NCBI GenBank assembly: GCA_029717555.1
Contig: JAMDHS010000024.1
Location: 62,001-126,000, forward strand
Length of the DNA stretch: 64,000 nucleotides
Direction of reading: 5' to 3'
Source of the DNA: Peribolospora baueri
Taxonomy: Eukaryota
Under the pieces are notes generated by a model that did no database searches, had not been told where the DNA came from, and worked only from the letters and a program-made list of their open reading frames with translations. Shown one piece after another: positions 1-12,805 of the stretch; positions within the stretch are counted from its first letter, which is position 1; every line of letters begins with the position of its first letter. The position numbers and the translations under genes were made by a program.

Positions 1-1369
1 AGTCGGCCAGACCCGTAGACAAACCCTTCTAGTCAATGCGCCCTCCCTCGCCTCGGGCGTTCAGGTTACTCACAAGTGAACTGCGCGAGGCCGTTCTTGT
101 CCGACGGCAGAGCGGCACGGAGCCAGGTCTCGTGGTCGTTCGTGCGGGGGTAGGCGCTCAGCAGACCCGAGCGCTTGCCGCCAACCTGGGGCTGCTCGTT
201 CTCCTTGCCCTTCGCGGGAACTGGGTGGCCAGCGTAGTGACCCGTGGCATTGGCGTGCTGCGCGAGGGAATAATTGCGAAAGGGGGAGACATGTCCAGCA
301 GGCGGATAGACAGCCAGAGCAGAGCAGTCAAATCAAAGCCTCAAGGATGTCCCACATCAGAACACCCCGATTCAGATGATCACAACTCACCCAGACGTCC
401 ACAAGAACATTCTCGATCGGCTTGCACGTGTTCACGTCAATGACGCCGACGTCCATGAGCTGTCGCAGTAACGCATGGGACGAGAAGGTGAGCAAGTTGT
501 GCGTACAACCAGCCACTATATATTGAATTCAATGATAGGGCCATGTTGCCGGCTCCGAGGAGGATTGTTTGGACTATAACGGTGGAGGAAGAAGCGCCTA
601 CTCACGAACAGCAAGCCGAGCTGGTACTCTGCCATGTTCGACCGGATGGGGTGACCCTCGGTGTGGTAGTAGGGCCCCTGCGTTGTCTCCGGCGCTGAAG
701 GTGGAGATGGGAAATGCTTGTGTTAGAATTTGGATTCAACAAGAGGCCAGGGAACGTCTCGGCCATGGTCCTCGAAACGAGTGCTCGCCGTCCAGGCCAG
801 CTTCGACCGATCGTACATCCATAATTCAGCCTCGCCGGCATGGTCTCCCAACCGACTCGGCCGACCCCTGCTGGCCCCATCCCCTCTCCAACCTTTCTCC
901 CGAAATCCGCAATGAAACTCGTAATAGACACTCACCAAGCACACAAGTGTGGTTCTTGATTTGCGTCTCGGCCACCTCGTCGCAGACGAGCTGCTTCTTG
1001 CTCCCCTCCGCAGCTTCGGTGCCAAGGTCATCGTAGGCGCCTTCAATGAAAAGGTCCTTGTGAGCGAGCGAGTCACCGCCGAGGACCTTTTGCGCCCACG
1101 AGCGCTTCCGTGCCGCCGTGTAGGCTGCCACGGCGGGGGCGCAGTGGTATGCGGAGGCTTGGAGGTCGCGGTAGGCCTTGACCTCCTCTGGAGTCGAGGG
1201 CTCCTTGTGAGCTGCAAAAGAAGGGCGGCAAGGCGCCGAATACGGGGCGTTCACCATCAGCAGCTGCCGTTGCCACCTTGCGACCGGATCGGGGGGTGTC
1301 GCTGGTCGACTCACCAGCGACGAGGGCGGCGCCGCCGATGGCGAGCAAGCCAGCGAGAGCAAACTTCAT
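1..1369 (-). CDS. Secreted intradiol ring-cleavage dioxygenase-like protein (3' end beyond left edge)
   Basis: Signal peptide MKFALAGLLAIGGAALVAG from ATG 1369. Spliced exons give NHTCVL-APETTQGPYYHTEGHPIRSNMAEYQLGLLF-LMDVGVIDVNTCKPIENVLVDVW-HANATGHY...TWLRAALPSDKNGLAQFT, the typical fungal extracellular intradiol dioxygenase pattern. TATAAG lies on the minus strand near 1507-1512. Confidence 0.85.
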
Positions 1370-2732
1370 GTCGTTCTCTCGGTTATCAATGCGGTGGAGG
1401 AGGGGGAAGGAGGGAAGGAGGGAAGGAGGGAAGGAAGTGAAGGAGGAAGGAGGACGGAGGTCAATCTATACGGCCGGCGAACGGATGGGAGGCGGGTCCG
1501 GGTTGCCTTATATCGCGCCGGCCGACGTGAGCTTCCTTTCGCTCGCGGCTTGAAGACGCGGAGAGCGGAGCGGAAATCAGCCGATGCTGTGGGGCTCGAG
1601 GAGGACGAGCGAAGCGACGAGAGCGAGCTGGCAATGCCATCCGTCTTTCCATATGACCATATCCGAAAGGTATGATTCACCGTCGAGTTGAGTTGTACAC
1701 GTCTTCGCCGGCACAGCGCACGATTTCAGGCACAACCGACGGGCCGACGACCTACAGACCGAGCTTCCGTTACATTCCGAACATCCGCGTTGCCTCGCAC
1801 AAATGGTTTTCCCTCTCACGTGGGCCGACTTGCCATCCTTGCCTTGCAAGCATTCACACGATCATCCAAGTCTTCCGGTCGCGCAGGTCAAGGAGGAGGA
1901 CGTCGGACAAGATCGGCCCCCGTCCGGCAAGGGAACTACTTTTAGCCGCGGGGCAAACGGCGCAGCGAGCGACACATGGCGCAGCCGGCGGCAGGAACCA
2001 GGACGTGATTTTTCCGCCGCTCCGCGCATAGCCCCTTATAAAATTCTTCACAGCGCTCGAGACGTCTTCCTCGTCGCTCGGGCCCCTCTCTCCGGTCGGG
2101 TTCTCGGTCCTAACTAGTCGGTCAGCAAGCGGCGACGGTTCCCGCGTGCGCCCTTACGTCTTTCTGCCTCGACTTTGTCATCATCTTGACTTAGCCGTTC
2201 CAACGTGACGCTGGATTGGCTTCGCAACAGCCGTCCCTCTCGCGCGCTTCGTGCCCCCTTCGCTCCCTCCTTACACCGCAAGACGATTCGTTCGCCTGAC
2301 TCCCCGCCGTGCCGTTACTCCACACTGCCCTTCGCCAGCCATCGTCCGACCTCACCGAGGTCGTCCGCCTTTGCCAGGCCTTTTCCCACCGTATCGGGCT
2401 TACCAGACTGCTGATTCGGTCCACATACAAGCTGCTAGAGCCGCTGGCGTCGAATCTCCACCTCTCCTATCACCGCCTCCAGTTAGGCTCCCTTTCTCAA
2501 CACTTTTCATAGAGCGTGACCGCGGCGTCCTTGGCTTCCCATGTCTTCTACTGAAAGGAATGCCAACGCGCTGCGGTGATTGTCACGTGACATGACGTAA
2601 TGCCAAGTCCGATTCCGGAAAATCCTTCCTCGTCACGACCACCACCTCACGACGACTCCTGTTGTCTCGCACCTCACGCTTTGACGCCCCTGCTACCTTG
2701 CCTCGAAAAGTTCAGCTTTTCAAGTTGCAAAT

Positions 2733-3513
2733 ATGGATCTTTTTTTCTGCTGTGAGCGCGTTTCTTCGATCCTATGTCGAGGAGCTGTCGCACACGTTAC
2801 TGATGGATGACGACCCTGCATGTTCCGTCCAGTTACATTCGGTTGTCCCGTGAGTAAAGAATGCTCCTTTCTTCCCTGGTATGAATATGAACTCAACGCA
2901 ATTGTCTTTTGTCGTTGGGCACCGACCCCAATAGACCAAGATCTCCCAGCTGGACGATGGCTCGCCTCCCCGAGTGTGTCCGCGCTGCCACAATGCAGCG
3001 GTGATCCAAGCAAAATCCAGGACGTGGTTCGAGTTGTGAGTGGTCCGTTCGGTCTTTTTCTGTTTCTTCCCCTTCCATTAAAGAGGGGGTTTTGACGCGG
3101 GGGGACCTGTTGGAGGCATTTTCACGTATTGCATGAAAATAAACATGCAGACGACGTGCTGAACGAGCTTCCACGATGGCTCACTTACCCTTTTTGCGCC
3201 TGCTTTTCGCTTCGTCCAACTACCCTTGAACCAAAAATAGCTGCTTCATCCCGCTCATTCCTTTCAAGTCCAGCAGGTACGTCGTGATCTTATCATCTTG
3301 TCACCTTGACACACGCTAAACCTGCTTACCCTTCACTATGCCCGTGCCCTTCTTTCCGTGTGCAGGATCTACCTATGTGGAATCTGCCAATGGCAAGCGC
3401 CGCTAAACGGCTCGTACCAACCCCCGCCGGTGGGACAAAATCCGTATGGCGGAGCGGGACAGTATCAGCAACCGGGTTATGGCTATCCGCCGCAAGGCTA
3501 TGGGCCTAAATGA
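2733..3513 (+). CDS. Small zinc-ribbon protein (zinc_ribbon_15/UPF0768-like), 106 aa, 5 exons
   Basis: Exons 2733-2751, 2833-2849, 2935-3035, 3241-3276 and 3366-3513 with GT-AG introns join in frame to MDLFFCFTFGCPTKISQLDDGSPPRVCPRCHNAAVIQAKSRTWFEFCFIPLIPFKSSRIYLCGICQWQAPLNGSYQPPP...GYGPK*. It has two CxxC pairs flanking a hydrophobic FCFIPLIP segment. Confidence 0.88.
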
Positions 3514-4011
3514 TAGGTAACTTCCGACGACCCACATCGATTACCCAGGCCTCTTTTCCGAGCGTTCTGGATATGAAACGAGAATCGGAGGAAGCGCAGC
3601 GTCTTTTGTCCTCTTCCGCCATGTACGCTTCCACTTCTTCCCTTCCCACGCTTTTCCTCCGCCGTAGCCTTGTACTTCTATTGCTCGAATTATGACCCCT
3701 GGCCGGTTCTCTCTCCACAAATGTCTGATTTTTGGCCTTTATCCGTTTTCCTTGTACGTTTGTTGCGGCCGTTCTTCGGTCTCTCGATTCTCATACGGCC
3801 TTTTCGCCCGTGGAATGCATGATCGTGGAACGCCGGTGCGGGGCCGGCGTGCTGCGGCATCAGCCCCGCGGAGATTCTACCCCGCAAAACCTTTATGAAG
3901 CGTCGCCAGCGAGGGTCGTCTTGGACTGGCCAGCAGTTCGACTCTTATTTCTCCTCCTCTTCTTTCGACAAGGACTTGGATACTTTTACTTCAGGCTTGG
4001 AAGTGGTCGAC

Positions 4012-7000
4012 ATGGCGTTCTCGCTGCGTCGTTCAGCAGATACCCTTCCGACGCACCGCACGGCGAAACGTCTCTGCCAGGCGCTCCTGGCGACGCCGTC
4101 AGTATTCCGAAATGGAACCCAACCTGTATCGCCGCCGCAAACTCGCTCGAAGCACTCCTTTGCCCCTATTGGAGGTCTGTCGCTTGTCAAAGGCCCAGCG
4201 ACCACGCCCCTCCACTCCACCTCCCTATACGATCACTTTTTCTCCGTCCTCCTGCCCCAACACGCCGAGAGACCCGCCCTGACGGTCAAGCACGAACCCG
4301 CCCATCAGCACGGCAAGGTATCCAGAAGCAGCCAGGACAGAGACGCTGGCTGCCTACGATGGTCGTTTGCAGAGATGTCGGAGCACATCGACGCGCTCGC
4401 GAGGGGATTGGTGGGGATGGGAGTGAGGAAGGGGGATAGGGTCGCTGTTTGCATGATGTGAGTCGACTCGCGGGGGTCATTATCGTGAGCAACGACGACA
4501 ACGATTCCAAAAGGCTTGGGCGCAAAGTTTACACTTTCTGTTTCCCCTATACTGCAGGAACAATTCGGTGAGGAGGGTTCGACAACCCGCCGACCTTTGC
4601 GCTTCGCCGTGTTCGGCCCCCCAAGGCTCGTGGCAGCCTCTCTCTCCCTATGCTGATGAGAGCTCTGTATTCCTCCCACCCGAAACGAAACAGGCGTATG
4701 CAGCACTCCAGTGGGCATCCGCCAAGATTGGAGCCATTCTAGTGACCATCAACCCCTCCTATCGCCCGCAAGAGCTGCTCGGTGCGCTTAACCACGTCAG
4801 TGAGTGCGCCCTTCCCCTGGCCGTCCTAGTCTTTGTATTCTCCTGACGACAGTTGGCCAACCGGATTCTTGCCACGTATGCTTGTTTTAATTACCTGGAC
4901 AGGCGTGTCCCACCTGATCGTCGTCCCCTCCCTCCGAACCACCTCTTACATCGCCTGCCTCAACTCCATCCTCCCCACGCTCGCCTCCAACCACACCTCT
5001 CGTGGCGACGTTACAGTTGTCAACGACCCAGCATGCCCGTCCCTTCGACGGATCATTCTAGTTGATAACATTTCCGACCGCCCAGACTCCATGAGCGGCC
5101 CCGGAACGGTGCAATTGAGTCCGGTGGAGAGGAGAGCTGGCGCGATGGGTAGTAGGGGTTGGAAGGAAGCGATGGAAGGATTAGGAGGTCGAGCGGTGGA
5201 CTATAGGGAGACACTTGAGTGGCAGAAGCCATTGAGCGAAGAGGAGGTGGACGTGGACGCTTTCGATACTATCAACATGTTGAGTGTCGTCAGCTCTCGG
5301 GCTTCTTCCATATGCTCGATTCTTCTGCTCAGCTTTCACTGACTGCTGAAATCATCACTCGTAGCCAATTCACCTCGGGCACGACCTCTTCGCCAAAGGC
5401 TGTCGAGCTGTCTAGCCACAATCTGCTGAACAACGCCGTGGCGATCGGCGACCGGCTCACCTTTGGCCCTGGCGAGTGAGTGAGCGACGGCCGGCTGTGT
5501 ATGAGGTACGGGGAAAAGCTGACGCCGGTGAATGCCATTCCGGCAATTCCAGCGTGCTCTGTAACGTTCGTGAGTGCCATATTGGTGTTTGATTTGGCAG
5601 GGCCGGAGATATGCTCATCCATCTTCCTGTTTTCCACTATGACTAGCCCCTCTCTTTCACTGCTTTGGGTAATCCTTCTCCAGACAAATGTTTTAAGGAA
5701 GGGCTGACCTAAAAAGTCCTTTTGATTGGCTACGGCATATTCTGGCAGCCTCACCCTCGGAAACCTAGCGGCTTGGACACAAGGGGCGGCGTGCGTCTAC
5801 CCTAGCGAGGGCTTCAACCCCGTCAAAGCTCTTAGAGCTTGCAGCGAGGAGCGATGCACTGGTGAGAGAGGAAGTGCCGTATGGGCCGACCGCTGCATTC
5901 GGCCAAGGATCCGAAGTTTGCTGAACACTACTGCCTCATCTTCACAGCACTTCATGGCGTGCCGACGCACTTCATCTCCGAACTCATCGTACTCGACGCA
6001 CTCCGTCAAGGACGTCCAGTCGAAGGAGTACGGGCGGGAGAGGAATGGGACTTTTCCAGTTTGAGGTGAGCTTGCGGGTGCGGGACGCGCTGACTATAGA
6101 GAAGGTGTTGACGCGGGTGCTTGCGGTGACATATAGGACCGGTCTCACCTCAGGTTCTCCAGGTAAGCTATCAGGACAGATGAAGAGTGAGCGCCGATCA
6201 TGGAGCAGCTGAGTTCTGAACGACCCCTCACTGCTTGCAGTGCCCGTCGAACTTATGCACCGCATCCGAGGTCAACTCAACTTGCATGAACAGACAGTCG
6301 CGTACGGTGAGCCGCAACGTCCTCATGCGATTCACAAAATCAATCATGTCGTGGCTAACGCTTGCTCGTTTTGTTCGAACCCGTAGGCATGACCGAGACG
6401 AGGTGAGCAGGAGAACGTGAGAGGTGAGAGGTGGAGGTGGCGCACTTGTCCGCTCACCTAAGAAGCCCTTGTTTGCGGTGCACAGCCCGGTCTCCTTCCA
6501 GGCATTCGTAGATGACTCTCTTGAAGCACGGTGCGAAACTGTTGGACGTGAGCATATGTTCCTTTTCTCCTAGTCATCCCCAGATTCAGCTGAACTCTTC
6601 GCGGTTCGCGCAGGTGTCCTGCCACATGTTCAAGCCAAGATCGTCGACCCGGCCGACGACTCTCCCGACGCTGCGCCCTTGCCCATTGGACAGCCCGGCG
6701 AACTTTGCACGGCTGGCTACCTTGTTATGAAGGGTGAGTCGATCGTTCGACCGTATCGCTTGTAGATACGGCAAGGAGATTTCTTACCGTATTGGGACCG
6801 TCCATGCAAAGGGTACTGGCAAGACAAAGAGCAGACGGAAAAGGCGCTTAAAGTGGACAAGGACGGAGTGAGATGGATGTACACAGGTGATATCGCCGTG
6901 CTTGACGAAGAAGGTTTCCTGCGCATTGTCGGCAGGTCGAAAGAGTGAGCTCGGCGATTACCTTCTATCCGACGTCGTTGAGAGGCGCGGTGACTGACAA

Positions 7001-7495
7001 GGTCCACCCGCCCTGCAGCGTCATCATTCGTGGCGGCGAGAACCTCTACCCCGTCTCGATCGAGAATGTATTGGACGCTATCCCCTACGTCGTCGCTAGC
7101 GCTGTCGTAGCTGTGCCTGATGCGAACTACGGCGAGGCGGTGGGAGCGTTTGTTGCCCGGGCCCAGGGCGCAGACGGGACCGGCAAGTCGGCGACCACCA
7201 GGGAGAGCCTGCGAGAGGGCGTCAAGGAGAAGATGAGCGGGCAAAGCGCGCCAGAGTGGATCTGGTTCTTAGGCGAAGAGGGCGTGCCGGCCGAGCTACC
7301 GAAGACGGCCAGCGGAAAGGTCAAGAAGAGTGAGTATCGTGTCGTGTGCGACGCCTATCACGCTCGTTCGTTGGTGCGGTCGTCTTACGGTTCATTCATC
7401 GCTTGATTGCCATGCGGTGTTGTCCAGACGAGCTACGCGAATGGGCGAAGGACCTTTCCGAAAGAGGCATCGGCCGAGTATCTCGTTCGAAGTGA
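4012..7495 (+). CDS. AMP-binding acyl-CoA synthetase (ACSF2/YngI-like), probably mitochondrial
   Basis: Motifs [45 protein letters not shown] and [11 protein letters not shown], spread over many exons including a 10-nt exon at 4558-4567. Arg/Ser-rich N-terminus from ATG 4012; an in-frame upstream ATG also exists at 3895. Confidence 0.9.
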
Positions 7496-7820
7496 ACGAT
7501 TCGCACGGACGCTCTGATAGAAATGCGGCGCGAGCGAATTATACCGGTTTTATTGCAAAGCGAAGAGGAACATGCAAGGAATAGAATTGTGACTCCTTCC
7601 ATTCTGCAAGAACAATGTCTCCGTCCTGAAAACTAAATATGGACGTTATACTGCGAAAGAGCGCGAAAAAAAGCAAAGGTTATGACGGGCGTATCAAATG
7701 TATATGAAGAGATCGTACGACGAACTATGAGAACAGGGTCCGCTGCGAATGGCAGGAAGCAGAACGTATAAATAGTGGAAAGAAGGGGCCGAAACGATTC
7801 CGAAGCGAGGGCGGCCGATG

Positions 7821-10543
7821 TCAACTTCGTCTTGAGACGCGGGCGAAGATGCGGAAGAGAGAGACCTAGCGGAAGGGCGAGATTGTGGCCACAGGAGAGG
7901 AAAGGAAGTGAAGGGCACCGATGAGATCGGTGAGCCATCTTGTCGTGTCACGTTAGTCGGCCCACCCTTCCTGTGTGGAAGAGATGGCCAAACGCGAACA
8001 GCGGCGACGTCTATAACTCACCGTCATGACGACAATGTACAGCACCAAGCCGACAAACACCAGACCGATGAGCACGGCCTGTTCAGTACAGACCCTGTCC
8101 GCGACGCTTCCTTCGATGTTGCCGTTCCACTTCGTACTATTGGCGCTCACCGGAGGGCCCCAGATGTGCAGGAGGGTGGAAGGGACGCAGTTGATGGGCG
8201 AGGTGAAATAGTTGTCGAAGGCAAGAGAGAGCTCGGCAGACCAGACGCAGATAAATACTAGCTCTGTCAGCGTCTGTGATGAGAGGACGAGAACGGGCAT
8301 TGAAGGGCGCATGTGAGCACTCGCGCTGATGGCCGTTCCTAATGAAGCTAACGGCGCAAGCTCACGTAGAATAGCTTGGCTCGGACACCCCACAGGCCAA
8401 TGGGTCTTCCGAAATATTCGAGCTGACGCAAACGGGGGAAAGATAAAATGGAACAATGAACAGACGTGTCGGTATGTCAATATGGGCAGCAAGTGAGCCG
8501 ATGCTCAGCGTCGAGCCCGAAAAGGGAGGCGGGCAAAATAGCCAGGAGGGCGTCCTCGCCTCGTCTCGCCCCGTCTCCATACTCACGTAAACCTGCGCAG
8601 CGACGTGGACCAACGTCAAGGGCGCGAAAACGATGGCGAGCACTGGACTGCTGCCGAGCAGACCGGCCGCACCGTGCCTGGTCAACAAAAGGTGGATGCG
8701 CACGGCGAGGACGAGAGTGATGACCGTGAAGGCGATGTTGAGAATGCGAAAGAGGAGGGGCGCGAAGGGGTTGTAAAGCAAGAAGGCGCGCCATCGCTCT
8801 GACCACGATGCTGTCGGGGCAGGTCGGCCGTGCGGGTCGAACAGGCCGTCCTCGTGATGAACGGGGTGAGGGTGTCCGAAGGCATCCACTTCGAACATGC
8901 CCCATCGGCCTTGGCCCAACACCCTCCTCCGTACTGCGCGAGAGGCGGATCCAGAGGAGGCACGATGTCGTCCCGACGAGCCCTTTTTGCCTTTCTTCGC
9001 CACACCTCGTCGTCGCTTCTCGCTCACACCCAAACCTCCGCTTTTTCCACCCGCCACCCTTTGTCCGTTAGAGTCCACGTCTCCCTCCGAGTCGCTGCCA
9101 TTCTCCTCTTGTAAGCTTCGCGACTCGGCTCTCCACGGGGAGTCCAAACCGGTAGTGTTGGGGAGGTGGCGAGTGAAGGCGGGCGTGCGGAGGTCTGGCG
9201 GTACGGAGAAGGGGCCGGCAGCCTTCACGGACATGGACATGCTCAGCGGTTGCCTCCCCGCATCGTGTTCATCGGCGAACATCTGAGACAGGGGGGGAGA
9301 GGGTCCCGTTTCAGGAACCGAATCGCCAATGAAACTGACCCTGCGTTTCTCCAAATCTACACCAGGATCCCCTTCGGTCGTCGTCGTCGTCGTCGTCGCT
9401 TGGTTCGAGTCCCCCGCCGGCGCTGAACCGTTCTGCATCCTGTGGTGATGTTCCAACAACCGAGCCCTGTATTTGTGAGGCAGCGTGAATGTCCACCACC
9501 GTGATCCCTCCTCCTCATCACCAGAGCCAGCAGGCGGAGACGCCTCCACCTGGTTCCCATTGCCTTCCCCAACGCCTGCGCCTCCGGGTCTGGGATCCCA
9601 TCGTATCCCGCGCGACCAGCCGCTTTTGTCCGGCTCAGCGATATTTTCGCTTCCTTCGTCCGAATGAATAACGGAGGCGACCGCGGAAGGAGCTATTTCG
9701 CTAGACGACCCCTTCCTCTCCTTCGTGGTGATCGTGGTCGACGACCGTGTAGGTCGGGAAGCAAATGTCGTGGTCGCGGAGGGTGGAAACCAGGGCTCAT
9801 CTGGAGAAGGAGGCTCGTGCTTTGCCCATGCTGTAAAAATGGATGACGAGGCCAGGGATATGGATAGCGCAACGTAGATGAGCCCTCGGCATTCTTATCA
9901 AGCCCCTAGATCGCAAAGAAAAACGACGCTAAAGTGACTCACTCGGAACGGTGGCGACAACGACTTTTTTGTTCCTTTCTCTCACTGTGGGTGCCCTAGA
10001 GCTGCTGCCGACGCTTCCCGTCCCGCTGAACCCGCTCAAGCTTGGCGAGGCGGTATGACCCCTGCTGGCGTGTCCCCATAGTCCTCCTGACGGGGCCGCC
10101 GTGGTCGGTCCGCTGCCGGAAAGGCTATAAACAGAGGCTCGAGAGCTCGTGCGCGTTTCTCGGCTCGTCACGGCTCGAAGGTCCGAGTTTCCTGGGAGGG
10201 GTGAACCTTGAGCGTTTCCGGAAGCGAGTCGAGCGTGGACGGGTGCGCCGTTGATGGAGGTGGGGCGCTGGTGATTGGAACGGAAAGTGGGAAAAGAAGC
10301 TGAGGGAGGGATTACATTAGGGGAACCCGCCGACGACGGCCGCGGAGGGGTTGATGGTTCGGGCGTCGTCGAACATGACCGGTAGTCGGGGAAGGGGAAG
10401 CCAGCGCCGTCGACCCGTGCTGTAGGCGTTTGTTCGGCTGCTCTGGCCGCTGCTCTAGCTTCTCCTCTCGTTTGTGGACCTTCGTCGCCAGAGTCGCTAG
10501 CCGCCTTAATAACGGTGTCGCGATGGACGACGTCCTCGGCCAT
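7821..10543 (-). CDS. SRF1-like membrane protein (regulator of phospholipase D Spo14 family)
   Basis: Long disordered N-terminus, then PFAPLLFRILNIAF..., LEYFGRPIGLWGVRAKLFY, TLTELVFICVWSAELSLAFDNYF, CTEQAVLIGLVFVGL and a final exon VSLFRIFARVSRRS*. About four TM helices. The start codon is uncertain. Confidence 0.7.
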
Positions 10544-11183
10544 GTCCCTCGAGTCGGCCGGACAAGAGCGCGAGAAAGAGGTAATGTTGACTATCCGGCG
10601 GGCCGTCTCCAATCGTTGCTCTGCGCCAGGAGGTTGATCGCTTCACTGGGGTTGGGAAGGGAGGAAGACGGGGGCGGTAGAAGGTGGGGTGGAGGAATGG
10701 AGGAGGTGGAGATCTTGGAGACAGCGGACAGGCGATACGGATATGACGAGCGGTCGGTCAGTCGAGATGATCGGAGCGCTGGGACCAGGGAAGGGACAGC
10801 TCGCGCGGTGAGACAGACCGGAAAGGAGGGATCAGAGTGCTGAGAAGGTGTCGGGGAAAATAAATCAATATATACAGAGATGCCTTCCCTGCTGGTCTAC
10901 GACCATGTTGGGCTTTGGATCGACGTCGAAAGGAGAGGAGAACGGAAGCTTGGTACCGAGCGAGTGAGGTCATCCCGGACTATCAGGTCACGTGCAAGTG
11001 ACATGTAGGTGCTGCGGTTCAACCTGAGATCACGTGACATTTCTCTCTCGTCAGCCAGTCCGGCTGGTCTTCCTTCTTTCCCCGCTCCCTTCGCGCTCTG
11101 CATCCCGCTTGTCTTTGCGCACGCTTTCACTTCGCCTTTTCGTCACTCACCGCAGAGCTCGTCAAGGTACAGCACGGCACGGG

Positions 11184-12805
11184 ATGAACGGACCACAGTC
11201 TCGCGAGGCGTTCCAACGCTTTCTGCAGCGCGCTCGTCAGCAGGCCCAAGGCGGCTTCGGCGGAGGAGGCGGAGGCGGTGGACGAGGTGGTGGGAATGTG
11301 GGCAAGATCCTTGGTGGAAGCGCTGGCCTCGTCGCTCTCGTTGCTGGTGGCCTCGCACTGAATGCTAGCCTTTACAACGGTGCGTTGGGTGGCGGATGGC
11401 GATATCATCGGCGGCTTCGGGTTCGGAACGCGCTGACGATTCCTTCCACTGTCATCACTGCTCTTGCTGATATGCAGTCGATGGTGGACATCGCGCGATC
11501 AAGTATAGCCGGTGAGGCGCTTTTTTGGACAACTTCATGCTTCCCAGCAATTCTGTGATTTGGTCAACTTCGGGCCTTTGCTAGATATGCGGCTGAACAA
11601 CCCCTCTATTGATGACCGATGCTCTCCAGGATCCACGGTGTGAAGAACGAGATCTACCCCGAAGGCACGCACTTAATGGTGAGCCATTTTTCCTTGTTTC
11701 CTGAGTCGGCATCACATGCCAACCATCCTTTCTTGCAGATTCCATGGTTCGAGTACCCCATCATCTACGACGTCCGCGCCAAGCCGAGGAATATCGCTTC
11801 GCTCACCGGAACGAAGGGTGAGTTCGCGCATGTGGACTATTGTAGCTGCACGCGTCTTCATTCACGCTGACCATGCGTACTTCACCTCTTATGCTTCTGT
11901 AGATTTGCAGATGGGTTAGTGAACTTGCAAGCCCGCCTCTCAAAACGCTCCTGCTCACGCGATTCCTTCTGTCCGCAGTGAACATCACCTGTCGTGTCCT
12001 ATCCCGACCGTCTGTCCAAGCATTACCGACGATTTACCGGGAGCTTGGGCAGGACTATGACGAGAGGGTGTTGCCATCCATCGTCAACGGTGAGGCATCC
12101 TCCCGATTCTATCCTGTTTGGACTTCGGTGCGGGTGGCGTACTCATTGCGCTTGTATGTCGTCCATCCGCAGAGGTGCTCAAGTCTGTAGTTGCTCAGTT
12201 CAACGCGTCTCAGCTGATCACACAACGTGAAATGGTACGATTCGCTACCCTTTCGCTACATCGGATGCTGCAGCAACGGAACTGAAGCGTTCCCCACTTT
12301 TTATTTGGCAGGTGTCCCGTCTCGTTCGCGAGAACTTGACCCGTCGGGCGCTGCGCTTCAACCTCGTTCTGGACGATGTTTCGATCACTCACGTCGCTTT
12401 CTCGCCGGAGTTCACCCACGCTGTGGAGGCCAAGCAGATCGCTCAGCAGACGGCCCTCCGCGCTGCCTTCCTAGTCGACCAGGCGATTCAGGAGAAGCAG
12501 AGCATCATCGTCCGTGCTCAGGGTGAGGCGCGTGCGGCCGAGCTGATCGGCGAAGCGGTCAAGAAGAACAAGGGATTCTTGAAGTTGCGCAAGCTCGAAG
12601 CGGCGAGGGACATCGCTACGGTGCTGGCCAACAGCGAGAACAAGATCATGCTCGACGCCCAGAGCTTGCTCCTCAACGGTGAGTGCGATATCTAGCCTTT
12701 CGACTTTGCGCCAATTGACTGGTGCTAATAAACGCGACTCCGCGCTCGTCCTGGCGACACCCAGTGGCCAACGAAGACCCGGATGCTCAGAGGACCAAAA
12801 ACTGA
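11184..12805 (+). CDS. PHB2: Prohibitin-2
   Basis: [81 protein letters not shown]. Includes a 12-nt microexon at 11903-11914. Confidence 0.96.

Noticed and set aside
1634..2117. Possible spliced orphan ORF MPSVFPYDHIRK|VKEEDVGQ...RIAPYKIL
   Set aside because: The splice signals are plausible, but there is no recognisable motif and it overlaps the likely promoter of the dioxygenase gene.
7428..7584. Cryptic peroxisomal PTS1 by readthrough or alternative splicing in the acyl-CoA synthetase (also checked AAT and the 2OG oxygenase)
   Set aside because: No TGA-CTA context, and none of the alternative C-termini I translated ends in an SKL-like tripeptide.
9402..9412. GGTTCGA T-loop-like motifs (also ~3026 and ~11746)
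   Set aside because: They lie inside coding exons with no cloverleaf or A-box, so they are not tRNAs.
12210..12419. Short ORF ending in CVIS (CAAX, pheromone-like)
   Set aside because: It is antisense to PHB2 exons and introns and has no pheromone-like features; chance.
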